The notes: a model not told the origin generated them from the letters alone. 22,444 nucleotides of DNA from Promethearchaeota archaeon (GCA_016839585.1 JAEOTZ010000069.1:1-22444), one strand, 5' to 3'; counted from the stretch's first letter, positions 8,688 to 17,723 are shown. Program-made: numbers and translations.

Positions 8688-9467
8688 TTAAGGGCAAATC
8701 TCATTAATGAATTTTAAAAGTTCCAAAACAATTATGTGATGATCTGGACTATCTAATATTGAATGTGCGTTATATTCAAGCCAGATTTTTTTCTTATTCT
8801 TGGATTTAATGTTTTCAAAAATATAATCCATACTATCTTTTTTTATCTCAGAATCTAACCTACCTTGAAATAATATAGTAGGACAATTAATTCTAAATAG
8901 ATTCTCATACATCTCATTCATCAATTTTTTTATCTTTGTCGCAATATTAATTGGAATTTTATCATAACCCACCCAATGATTATTTGTTTCCTCTCGAAAT
9001 TTATCCGATGCTATGGAATGATATTTCATGAATAACTTGGCAAGGGGTACAAGTTTAAATCCAAATCTTTGAATACCCGTTGGGGCACTTATTGTGAAGA
9101 TTCCATCAAAATCGTGATAAACCGCCATAATTAATGTGAGGATCCCGCCCATGCTATGACCACCAACGATTATATTTCTACATTTCTCTTTAATTTTATT
9201 TATTTCTTTTTCTAATGCGGTCTTCCATGCGCGTATTGAGGTCTTTCTTAATTCTTCTGGTGAGGTTCCAAATCCGGGTAATAAAGGAACATGAATCGTG
9301 TACCCTTTTGATTTATTCAAGTCTTCTGCTAATGGTTTCAAATCTGCACATGTTCCTCCACCCCCACCATGTATAATTAAAATCCCTATTTTATTTCCAT
9401 CAAAATAAAAAGGTCCAGCACCAGGTAAGATTTTTGAATTAATTTTTTCCAAATTACTACACAACAA
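8688..9467 (-). CDS. Carboxylesterase / monoacylglycerol lipase-like alpha/beta hydrolase
   Basis: GILIIHG, PLLPGFGT, GHSMG nucleophile, CPTILFQGRLD (Asp), NAH (His). Confidence 0.88.
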   Translation of the reverse strand: MLCSNLEKINSKILPGAGPFYFDGNKIGILIIHGGGGGTCADLKPLAEDLNKSKGYTIHVPLLPGFGTSPEELRKTSIRAWKTALEKEINKIKEKCRNIIVGGHSMGGILTLIMAVYHDFDGIFTISAPTGIQRFGFKLVPLAKLFMKYHSIASDKFREETNNHWVGYDKIPINIATKIKKLMNEMYENLFRINCPTILFQGRLDSEIKKDSMDYIFENIKSKNKKKIWLEYNAHSILDSPDHHIIVLELLKFINEICP

Positions 9468-9557
9468 GAGGGATTATTCTAAATTTAATACATATGGAAA
9501 GATATCATTTAAGATTATTAACAAAATTCCAAAGATCATTTAACATATTTTAGTGTA

Positions 9558-10088
9558 TTATTCTGAACGAAGTTTCTTATAACATGGAACACATATATCG
9601 CTATCGTTATAAAACATAAGGCGTGATGACATTGTTAGTTCTCCACAGATCTCGCAGGGCGATGAATCTTCCGATTCTGCCATTCCAGGAGGATCAAATT
9701 TAATGTCATATATATTAAAAATATCTTCAGGTTTTGAATTCATCAAAATTTGAATTTTCTCGTCTCTAGTTAACTTCTTATTTTTAAAAATACTCGCTTT
9801 TAGTGCTAATTTTACAGCTTTTTTGTTATTTCGATCGTAGAAGTTATAATTATTTTTTCCATAATCATTATGAATAAGATTACCCTTACCATAAGTAGTT
9901 CCTAAAATAACTTGGAGCGCATCAACACTACAATTATCATTTTCAACTACAACAACTAATTCTTCATCATGCGAATATTTAGAACCATGTTCTAAAACAT
10001 ACTTAGCCGCTAAAACACCCATTGCTAAACCAGGACAGATATGCCCATGAAACCGAACGGCTTTTTCCATTAGGTCTTTAGTTTCCAT
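9558..10088 (-). CDS. fmdE: FmdE-family protein with C-terminal zinc finger
   Basis: FHGHICPGLAMG, VENDNCSVDALQ, GTTYGKGNL, DYGK, C-terminal CEICGE...CVPC. Confidence 0.9.
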   Translation of the reverse strand: METKDLMEKAVRFHGHICPGLAMGVLAAKYVLEHGSKYSHDEELVVVVENDNCSVDALQVILGTTYGKGNLIHNDYGKNNYNFYDRNNKKAVKLALKASIFKNKKLTRDEKIQILMNSKPEDIFNIYDIKFDPPGMAESEDSSPCEICGELTMSSRLMFYNDSDICVPCYKKLRSE

Positions 10089-10207
10089 TTGTACTCAAAT
10101 TATAAGTTTTAGAAAAATAAAAATTTCAATTATATAATTTAAATGATGATTTAATTATATAATTTATAGAATGATTTAAGTGATATTTATTATCATATTT
10201 TACTAAT

Positions 10208-10702
10208 ATGAAATTTTTAACCGATGGAATGTTAGGGAAATTAACTCGATTTCTTAGAATTTTTGGTTATGATACTATCTATGCGAATGATTTAGAAGAA
10301 TTTTTTCATGTTAATCCTGTACCCGATGAAAAATTAATAGACTATGCTAAGAAAGATGATAGGATTATTCTTACAAAAGATTACCCATTGTATAAGAGTT
10401 TCTTTGAAAAAAGTATATATTTAGAAGGAGAAGGAGTATACAATTATTTAATCCAACTTAAAGAAAAGCTAAGTTTGGATTTTAAGTTTAATATTGAAAA
10501 AGCTAGATGTTCTATATGTAATTCACGATTAAAAAAAATTGAAGAAAAAGAATTAATTAAGGAATTAGTATTAAAAAATACATTTAATCATTATGATGAA
10601 TTTTTTCAGTGTATAAATTTACAATGCAAGAAAATTTATTGGTATGGGACTCATATTATAGATATTATATCAAGATTAAAGAAGAAGTTCGACTTTGATT
10701 AA
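10208..10702 (+). CDS. Mut7-C RNase domain protein (PIN-like with zinc ribbon, DUF82)
   Basis: FLTDGMLGKLTRFLRIFGYDT, RIILTKD, RCSICN, C...CKKIYWYGTH. Confidence 0.9.
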   Translation: MKFLTDGMLGKLTRFLRIFGYDTIYANDLEEFFHVNPVPDEKLIDYAKKDDRIILTKDYPLYKSFFEKSIYLEGEGVYNYLIQLKEKLSLDFKFNIEKARCSICNSRLKKIEEKELIKELVLKNTFNHYDEFFQCINLQCKKIYWYGTHIIDIISRLKKKFDFD

Positions 10703-10714
10703 AATGTTTATTCA

Positions 10715-10945
10715 TTATTCTTTTTTAAAATATTTTTCTTTAATCTCCATAAATCTTTGTTTAGTTTTTTCAGCAAGTTCAGTATAATATCCCTTCATAT
10801 ACATACTATATGCTTGATTCAACAATTCAAGGCACTTACGATATTCTATGTTCTTAAAATGATTTTCTGAGAGTGATACAAGATAATCTCCCTTTTTTTT
10901 ATAGAATTCTATGAATTGGTCACTTGTATCAATCTTTTTCTCCAT
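10715..10945 (-). CDS. Small helical hypothetical protein (single TPR-like unit)
   Basis: ATG at 10945 (MEKK) preferred over the track's TTG at 10957. The pattern ENHFKNIEYRKCLELLNQAYSMY followed by a capping helix resembles a TPR/SNAP helix pair. Confidence 0.55.
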   Translation of the reverse strand: MEKKIDTSDQFIEFYKKKGDYLVSLSENHFKNIEYRKCLELLNQAYSMYMKGYYTELAEKTKQRFMEIKEKYFKKE

Positions 10946-11103
10946 AATTTTTCGCAATTTAAAATTTAATTTTAAATATAAAGAATTTAATTAACTTTAC
11001 TATAATAAAATTATCTAAAAATTTTAAAATTAATACTTTCATCATTTCTGACGAAATAAAAATCGTAAGTTTATATGATGAATATTAAGAATTTTTGAAA
11101 AAT

Positions 11104-12528
11104 TTATAATATTTCAGCTTGCTTTCGAAATTTTTTCATATCAATTATACTATTATTCAGGCGAGACTTATGTGCTGCAAAAGCCATTAAATGACTCTCG
11201 AGAGAAGCCTTAGCATTTGTTAAAGGTTCAGCCATTTCTTTACTAATAAGTGATTTAATAAATACCTCTACTAATTCAAAATCTCCTTGGTCGTATTCTC
11301 TAGCTTTCATTCTAAGTTTTTTCTTATAAATAAGTTTTTCTTTTCCAGAGAAGTGATCATAAAAAATAATTTTCTCACCACTTACATGATACTCACCTAT
11401 AATAGTTGCCCTTGATCCATCAATTCTTAATGTGCGACCTTCCCGTTCACTAAAACCATGCATTGTTAAACTAGCTGTAACTCCATTTTCAAACTCAATA
11501 TTTACTACTTGATGATCAACTACATCATTGTCACAGTGATAGACACATCGACCATAAGGACTTTTTTTTAAAATCTTAGCTTTTGCTTCGTCAGAATAAT
11601 CTTCCTTCTGACCTGTATACAAATAATACACAGGGAAATCTTTATAATACCTCAATTCTTTAAAAGGAGTTAATATTTTAGAAATATATGTTAGAAAGTT
11701 CGCATGATTTTTTCTTAATCTACTTAATATTTTTAATAATTTATTTTCACTTTTGTCCATAATTTGAATCATAGGGATAATATCAATATAAATCCGTGGG
11801 GCATAATATAAACAAGTATCTTTTGCTGGACATCCATCTAAGCAATAATTAGGTGCTCCTTCTGGAGCATTTTCGGGCTTGAAGTGCATTAAACCTCCGA
11901 ATGAACTAATCTTTTTAGGAAGTGAGCCAACTATCCAATAAAGTAAGTCAAGATCATGACAACACTTTGCTAAAATCATTGGGGAAGATTTTTCTACATT
12001 TGCCCATGGTCCTCTAATGAAACTATGGGCATAATGATACCACATAACATTTTCTCTATGAGTAATGTTAATAATATCTCCAATGAGACCTTTTTGGATT
12101 ATCTTATATATCTTTGAAAAAAAATCAGTGTATCGTAAAATGTGTCCAACACCTAAAATTCTTCCAGTTTCTTCCACTTTTTTAACTATTTTAATACAAT
12201 CCTTTAAATTATGAGCCATTGGTTTCTCTAAAAGCACATGATAACCTTTTTCTAACGCTAACATTGTTGGTTCTGTATGCATTTGATCTTGAGTACAAAC
12301 AAAAGCGATATCAGCCAGTTTACTTTCATCAAGTAAATCTTCCCAGCTTTTATAACATCTATCAGAAGGGATACTATGTAATTTTGCAAATTTTTCACGC
12401 CTTGCTTGAATAGGTTCAGCTACAGCCACAAATTTTAATTGTTTTTTATTTTTTAGAGCATAATTTCCATAAGATTGAAAGCCTCTCCTACCTGCTCCTA
12501 ATAATACTGCTGTAATAGGTTTTTCCAT
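11104..12528 (-). CDS. Gfo/Idh/MocA-family NAD(P)-dependent oxidoreductase
   Basis: LLGAGRRG Rossmann motif, HVLLEKPM, GHILRY, AKCCHDLD, YGRCVYHCDNDVVDHQ. SD AGGAG upstream. Confidence 0.92.
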   Translation of the reverse strand: MEKPITAVLLGAGRRGFQSYGNYALKNKKQLKFVAVAEPIQARREKFAKLHSIPSDRCYKSWEDLLDESKLADIAFVCTQDQMHTEPTMLALEKGYHVLLEKPMAHNLKDCIKIVKKVEETGRILGVGHILRYTDFFSKIYKIIQKGLIGDIINITHRENVMWYHYAHSFIRGPWANVEKSSPMILAKCCHDLDLLYWIVGSLPKKISSFGGLMHFKPENAPEGAPNYCLDGCPAKDTCLYYAPRIYIDIIPMIQIMDKSENKLLKILSRLRKNHANFLTYISKILTPFKELRYYKDFPVYYLYTGQKEDYSDEAKAKILKKSPYGRCVYHCDNDVVDHQVVNIEFENGVTASLTMHGFSEREGRTLRIDGSRATIIGEYHVSGEKIIFYDHFSGKEKLIYKKKLRMKAREYDQGDFELVEVFIKSLISKEMAEPLTNAKASLESHLMAFAAHKSRLNNSIIDMKKFRKQAEIL

Positions 12529-12648
12529 AATAAACTCCTAATTAAATTAATTAATTTTTAATTAAGTTGATAAATATTAAAAAGTCAAAATATTTTTTGG
12601 ATATCAACCTTCAATATTGAATTAAAAAAAGACCTTATTATTATACTA

Positions 12649-12891
12649 TTATTCTTTATTATTTTCTTGTTGTTCTCTATAATTAAAGACGCCTTTAGCA
12701 ATCTCTCCTAAATAAATAATGGGATTCATTGATTTTCCACATTTATTACATCTAAAGTCAAGCATATCCTCTATTGAAACCATTGTTCCATCATCACAAA
12801 AGGCACATTGCTCGAATGACCATCTATCAATGATTTTAATAATTTCTTCGATAAATTTTTCTTTAGATGACATGGTATACATAGTTTTCAT
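12649..12891 (-). CDS. Small zinc-ribbon protein (C-x2-C-x15-C-x2-C)
   Basis: CAFC...FRCNKCG flanked by predicted helices. True start may be the ATG at 12873 (MSSKE). Confidence 0.7.
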   Translation of the reverse strand: MKTMYTMSSKEKFIEEIIKIIDRWSFEQCAFCDDGTMVSIEDMLDFRCNKCGKSMNPIIYLGEIAKGVFNYREQQENNKE

Positions 12892-12992
12892 AATGCATTT
12901 TTCATTGTTAATTAATAGTACTTATTATTTGTATTTAAATGAATATATGAAATTATAAATAAATCGTTATTAAATAGTGCTTTAATTATACC

Positions 12993-14102
12993 TTAAGGCT
13001 TAAATACAGTAGGAATTACTCCTTCAATTAACAAAAAATCAATAAGAACAATAGCAGCCATAGCTTCAACTACTGAGACTACTCTTGGTACGATACAAGG
13101 ATCATGCCTTCCATGAAATTCAATCTCTACACTGTTCATCTTTTCGATATTTACTGTTTTTTGAGGAAGACCTATTGTAGCAGTAGGTTTAACTGCAACT
13201 GTAAATTCAATTGGCATCCCAGTGGAGATTCCACCAATAATTCCACCAGAATCATTTTTTTCTGTTTGTATTTTACCTTCCTTTATTATCCAAGGATCAT
13301 TATGCTCAGATCCTTTCATTTTCGTGGCTCTAAACCCTACTCCAAATTCTATACCTTTTATTGCTGGAATTGAAAAGATTGCATGGCTTATCTTTGATTC
13401 AATACTATTAAATATGGGGGCACCTATCCCTACTGGAAAATTATTTACAATACATTTTATACTTCCCCCTATAGAATTTTTTTGAGTTTTAACTTTTTTT
13501 ATTAATTCCTCCATTAGTTTTGCTTTTTCAGTATTAATTGCTCTCACAAGTGTTTTTTCTCTTAAGTTAATGAATTTTTCATAATTATCTATATCATAAT
13601 TCTCTCCATCAACAACATTTCCTATACTTTTTGTATATGCATAAACAGAAATATCGTACTTTCTTAAAATTTGTTTAGCTATCGCACCCGCCATTACGAA
13701 TCCAGCTGTAATTCTACCAGAAAATCGTCCAGAGCCTCTATAATCTGCATAGCCACCATACTTTTTTAAAATAGTAAAATCTACTTGAGATGGTCTTAAA
13801 ATATTCTTATAATTTATATATTTAGACGAATCTTTATCTTTATTTTCAATTATCAAACAAATTGGGGCTCCAGTTGTTTTGTTATCAAAAATACCTGATA
13901 ATACTATCACTTTATCTAGTTCCATACGAGATGTTGTTAGGGTAGAATGTCCTGATTTTCTCATGTCCAATTCATGTTGTATAAAATTTGTATCAAAATC
14001 TAAACCTGCTGGTACTCCATCTACAATAATCCCTACTAAATCTCCATGGCTCTCTCCAAATGATGTTATTTTAAAACGTTCACCAAAAGTATTTTCTCCC
14101 AC
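12993..14102 (-). CDS. aroC: Chorismate synthase
   Basis: FGESHG, TTGAPI, GRFSGRITA, SIPAIKGIEFG, HND, GGIIGGISTG, KPTATI, GRHDPC. GTG start with SD AGGTG 8 nt upstream. Confidence 0.96.
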   Translation of the reverse strand: MGENTFGERFKITSFGESHGDLVGIIVDGVPAGLDFDTNFIQHELDMRKSGHSTLTTSRMELDKVIVLSGIFDNKTTGAPICLIIENKDKDSSKYINYKNILRPSQVDFTILKKYGGYADYRGSGRFSGRITAGFVMAGAIAKQILRKYDISVYAYTKSIGNVVDGENYDIDNYEKFINLREKTLVRAINTEKAKLMEELIKKVKTQKNSIGGSIKCIVNNFPVGIGAPIFNSIESKISHAIFSIPAIKGIEFGVGFRATKMKGSEHNDPWIIKEGKIQTEKNDSGGIIGGISTGMPIEFTVAVKPTATIGLPQKTVNIEKMNSVEIEFHGRHDPCIVPRVVSVVEAMAAIVLIDFLLIEGVIPTVFKP

Positions 14103-14190
14103 TTTAATTACACCTTTCCAAAATAATTATTCAATAATTCTACAATATTATTAATTAATATTATATCTATAACTTTCTATTTATCATTTA
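14103..14190. promoter_or_regulatory. Putative divergent promoter region shared by aroC and aroA
   Basis: 88-bp head-to-head gap. TTATAT at 14161-14166 lies 25-30 nt before the aroA ATG, the typical leaderless archaeal TATA spacing. SD for aroC is on the minus strand. Confidence 0.4.
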
Positions 14191-15501
14191 ATGGACGTAA
14201 CAATAAATCCAATAAAAACTGGTCTAAAGGGTGAAATTATAGCACCAGGTTCAAAAAGCTACTCTCATAGAGCATTTATAGCAGCTAGTCTTGCTGACGG
14301 GATCTCAATTATCAAAAAACCCCTGATAGCTGGAGATGTCGAAATTACAATGAATATTTTAAAATCTTTAGGTGTAAAAATCCTAAAAGTAAATGGTAAC
14401 TCCTATGCTGTTGAAAAGATCAATAAATCTTTCAAATCTATCTTGGAATCTATTGACTGTGAGAATTCAGGAACTTCCATAAGAATCTTCAGCGCTTTAG
14501 GATTAATAATAGAGGGAGGCCTTTCCCTAAAAGGAGAATTTTTGAAGCGTAAGCGCCCAATTCTTCCACTTCTCAATGCTTTAAAATATTTAGGAGGAAA
14601 TTTTAAAATATTAGACGATCAAATTCAGATAAAACGAGAAAACCAAACATGTCAATCAATAAAAATTCGCGGAGATATAAGTTCACAGTTTATTACAGCT
14701 TTATTAATTGTATGTCCTTTATTAAATTGTGAAAAAGGGAATTATATTGATATAGAACTAACTACTCCTATAATTTCTTATCCTTATGTTAAGATTACTC
14801 TTGACGTTTTAAATGCATTCGGAATTAATATTCAAGAAGATATCAAAAATAGAAAATTTACTGTATTATGTGGACAAAAATATAGATCTCAGTTATATGA
14901 AATTCCAGGAGATTTTTCTTCAGCAGCATTTATTATGGCAGCAGCTATAATATCTCGCAATTCTTCACATGTAATAATTAATAACTTAAATGTTCATAAT
15001 TCTCAAGGAGATAAAAAAATTATTAAGATTTTAAAAGAAATGGGTGCAAATATTGAATATAATGAAGAAAACAGTCAAATCATCATTAATGGGAATTATA
15101 ATAAATATCCGTTAAAAGGTATAGAAGTAGATTGTCAAGAAATACCCGATTTATTCCCAGTTTTATCTGTTCTTGGAGCTTTTGCTAAAGGAAAAACAGT
15201 ACTTTATAATGCTTCAAATGTACGTTTGAAGGAAAGTAATAGGATGTCTGCAATTGTCAGAGAATTAAGTAAGATGGGTGTACAAGTTGCTGAAGAAGAA
15301 GATAAATTAATAGTTCATCATTGTGATAATTTAAAAGGAACACTTATCGATCATGAAAATGATCATAGAATAGCAATGGCATGTGTTATTGCTGCTTTAT
15401 ATGCTGATTCAATATCAAAAGTTAAAAATATTGAGATAGTTAGAGATTCTTATCCTCATTTTATTGATGATTTGAAAAAGTTAGGGGTTAATTTTAACTA
15501 A
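14191..15501 (+). CDS. aroA: 3-phosphoshikimate 1-carboxyvinyltransferase (EPSP synthase)
   Basis: PGSKSYSHR, ENSGTSIR, DISSQF, PGDFSSA, PDLFP, RLKESNR, DHRIAM, DSYPHF. Confidence 0.96.
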   Translation: MDVTINPIKTGLKGEIIAPGSKSYSHRAFIAASLADGISIIKKPLIAGDVEITMNILKSLGVKILKVNGNSYAVEKINKSFKSILESIDCENSGTSIRIFSALGLIIEGGLSLKGEFLKRKRPILPLLNALKYLGGNFKILDDQIQIKRENQTCQSIKIRGDISSQFITALLIVCPLLNCEKGNYIDIELTTPIISYPYVKITLDVLNAFGINIQEDIKNRKFTVLCGQKYRSQLYEIPGDFSSAAFIMAAAIISRNSSHVIINNLNVHNSQGDKKIIKILKEMGANIEYNEENSQIIINGNYNKYPLKGIEVDCQEIPDLFPVLSVLGAFAKGKTVLYNASNVRLKESNRMSAIVRELSKMGVQVAEEEDKLIVHHCDNLKGTLIDHENDHRIAMACVIAALYADSISKVKNIEIVRDSYPHFIDDLKKLGVNFN

Positions 15502-15540
15502 AATAATAATCTTAAACTAAGCATAATGTAATAAGCTTTA

Positions 15541-15951
15541 TTATCTGAAAGATTTTTGCCTTCTCGCTCTAGCTTTTTTCCCTCCAAATTTTTTTGGCTC
15601 CGTCCTTCTTGAATCGCCACTCAATAATGAATCATCATATTCTCTAAATGTTCTTTCTATAGTCTTAGTTCCAATGAATTTATTAATGGCTTTTGCAATT
15701 GCTATGCGTACAGCATCGGTTTGACTCATTGTACCCCCACCCTTTACTTTTATATCCATATCACACTTGTTTAATTTTGGATGACTAGCAATCTCTAATA
15801 CTTCTTGAATTCTTAATCTTGCTATCTCGGGGTCATATAAATCTAATGGAACATTATTAATTTTAATTTGTCCTTTTGCTGGATGTGATAGAACGGCTCT
15901 TGCTATTGCTGTTTTTCTTTTTCCTGATGATTGAATTACTTTCATTGACAT
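15541..15951 (-). CDS. rps9: 30S ribosomal protein uS9
   Basis: SGKRKTAIARA, VKGGG, DSRRTEPKKFGG, ARARRQKSFR. Start moved to ATG 15951 (or 15945) just downstream of the uL13 stop; the track's 15999 start overlaps uL13. Confidence 0.96.
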   Translation of the reverse strand: MSMKVIQSSGKRKTAIARAVLSHPAKGQIKINNVPLDLYDPEIARLRIQEVLEIASHPKLNKCDMDIKVKGGGTMSQTDAVRIAIAKAINKFIGTKTIERTFREYDDSLLSGDSRRTEPKKFGGKKARARRQKSFR

Positions 15952-15956
15952 GTAAA

Positions 15957-16430
15957 TTAAACCTCTATAGCTTGTTTTTTCCAACCAATTCGTTGGCATA
16001 AGGTTTCTAGTGTTATATATTTATTATAATATGACAAGCGTTTTTTATCTGCGTGAGCTACATCAATAGGAGTTAGTTTTTGATATTGTTTCTTAAAACG
16101 TTCAGGAATATTTGAGATATAAACATGAACTCTTTTAAGAGCTTCCTTGCCACGTATTTTCTTTCTAGGGAGCATCTTTTTAATGATATTTCTCATAAAA
16201 TTATCTGGTCTTCTTGGCCAAAAAGGACCTCTCCTTGGATTTGTAGCTGTACTAATATTAAGCTTAGCTAAATATTTTTCTTGAATATCTCTTTTATTTC
16301 CGCTTATAATGGCGTCTTTAGCATTAATAATTACTATATATTCACCTAATAACGCTTTTTTGGCAACTTGACTGCAAAATCTCCCTAAAATCTTATTCTT
16401 AGCATCTAATAATTGATATTCAATAACCAT
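15957..16430 (-). CDS. rpl13: 50S ribosomal protein uL13
   Basis: DAKNKILGR, INAKDAIISG, RGPFWPRRPD, KMLPRK, GKEALKRV; lies between eL18 and uS9. Confidence 0.96.
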   Translation of the reverse strand: MVIEYQLLDAKNKILGRFCSQVAKKALLGEYIVIINAKDAIISGNKRDIQEKYLAKLNISTATNPRRGPFWPRRPDNFMRNIIKKMLPRKKIRGKEALKRVHVYISNIPERFKKQYQKLTPIDVAHADKKRLSYYNKYITLETLCQRIGWKKQAIEV

Positions 16431-16465
16431 AGATTTAACACTTTTTCTAGTTGATTTCCCTCTTG

Positions 16466-16822
16466 TTAATAAAAAATTTTTACACCTGTCCCTTTTGGAT
16501 TTTGTTCTAATAATTCTTCAATCGACATCAGCTTGGTTCCCGAAGCTTCTATTTTCTTTTTAGCGGTTTTCGAATATTCCAAACAAGCAATTGTTAAATT
16601 ATGGTCCAAATCCCCAATCCCTAAAACTTTTCCTGGAATTACTATAATATCATCCTTTCTAGTCTTTTTATTAATATGATATAAATTCGCTTTAACCCTA
16701 TTTTTTCTTGGACCACTTATTTTTTTCGAGATAGTTCTCCAAATTTTAATTTGTGTCTTCCATAGATCTCTTATTAATTTCCTATGATAATAGTTACTTG
16801 GACCAGTTATTTTATGAGACAT
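16466..16822 (-). CDS. rpl18e: 50S ribosomal protein eL18
   Basis: IWRTI, ANLYHIN, VIPGKVLG, SKTAKKKI, NPKGTGV; follows rpoD. Confidence 0.94.
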   Translation of the reverse strand: MSHKITGPSNYYHRKLIRDLWKTQIKIWRTISKKISGPRKNRVKANLYHINKKTRKDDIIVIPGKVLGIGDLDHNLTIACLEYSKTAKKKIEASGTKLMSIEELLEQNPKGTGVKIFY

Positions 16823-16889
16823 AAAAGTAAAACACTTTTTTAAAATATGATTTTTAAAATTCTTAATATTTTAATAAATTTTTTATATA

Positions 16890-17723
16890 TTACGATTCTA
16901 TTTCAATATCTCCAAGCCTTTCAGTAAATTCATCAATTTTACCTAAAAAGATTTCAAAAACTTTCTCAATAAGTATGTTAAAAGGCAATACACCATCTGA
17001 TTCTATTGAAAAAATATAAGTATTGTCTTTCCAATTTACTTTTATGGCTCCTTCTGGACAAACTTGTTGACAAGAATTACATAATGTACATGTTTTCCAG
17101 TAATTATCTACTAATTTAGGTGTTTTTTTGTCTGAGAAGTCATATAATTTCTCTGGACACATTCTAAATACAATACATTTATCAGTACATTTTGTACACT
17201 TAGTATCATCAAAATCAATAATCGGATAAAATCGGTAAAAAATATTCGAAACTGCTTGCCATTTTACATGTTCTTTAGCTACCCCTAAAATTGCGTAAGC
17301 CTCTAATATAACTTTGTCATTTTTATCGATTTTTACAATTGGAATCTTTGGATCAACAGGTATAATTTTTGGATCATTTGATTTTAAATCACCAGAATAT
17401 ATCTCTAAAGGCATATTTGTAGTATTAGTGACCTCACAGGTTAAGGAAACCTGACACAATGGGCACCCAAATCCTCCACAACTACAATCTCGTGGCAGAT
17501 TATACGTTTTTAAATCAGTTTTAAGAGGTATCATGCCTAATCGATGAGATATAATCTCGTCATATAATGGGCTGTCATTTTTAAGAATAATTACTTCATC
17601 TATAGCCATTGCGGGAATCTCAGTCAATATTATCCTCCTAATGGCATTAGCCATCTCAATCGACAATCCTTCAACAACAAAGGTTAACTTATGATCACTC
17701 TTTTCAAGAACTTCGAGACTCAT
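16890..17723 (-). CDS. rpoD: DNA-directed RNA polymerase subunit D (Rpo3) with Fe-S domain
   Basis: ANAIRRIIL, PAMAIDEV, NDSPLYDEIISHRLGMIPL, YSGDL, EHVKWQ, ferredoxin-like Cys motifs, ESDGVLP. Confidence 0.97.
   Translation of the reverse strand: MSLEVLEKSDHKLTFVVEGLSIEMANAIRRIILTEIPAMAIDEVIILKNDSPLYDEIISHRLGMIPLKTDLKTYNLPRDCSCGGFGCPLCQVSLTCEVTNTTNMPLEIYSGDLKSNDPKIIPVDPKIPIVKIDKNDKVILEAYAILGVAKEHVKWQAVSNIFYRFYPIIDFDDTKCTKCTDKCIVFRMCPEKLYDFSDKKTPKLVDNYWKTCTLCNSCQQVCPEGAIKVNWKDNTYIFSIESDGVLPFNILIEKVFEIFLGKIDEFTERLGDIEIES

Noticed and set aside
9558-10088. fmdE as evidence for a formylmethanofuran dehydrogenase operon or methanogenesis
   Set aside because: No other fmd/fwd genes are nearby, and FmdE-family proteins occur widely as stand-alone genes.
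6843-10702. Clp1 kinase plus Mut7-C RNase as an RNA damage/repair module
   Set aside because: They are on opposite strands, separated by three unrelated genes, and no RNA ligase is present in the window.
12544-12557. Perfect palindrome AAATTAATTAATTT, and similar A/T-only palindromes near 6746 and at 14149-14160
   Set aside because: A/T-only palindromes are expected by chance in such AT-rich intergenic DNA.
15541-15560. uS9 ends QKSFR rather than the usual archaeal/eukaryotic QKSYR
   Set aside because: Conservative aromatic substitution with the terminal Arg retained; unlikely to matter.
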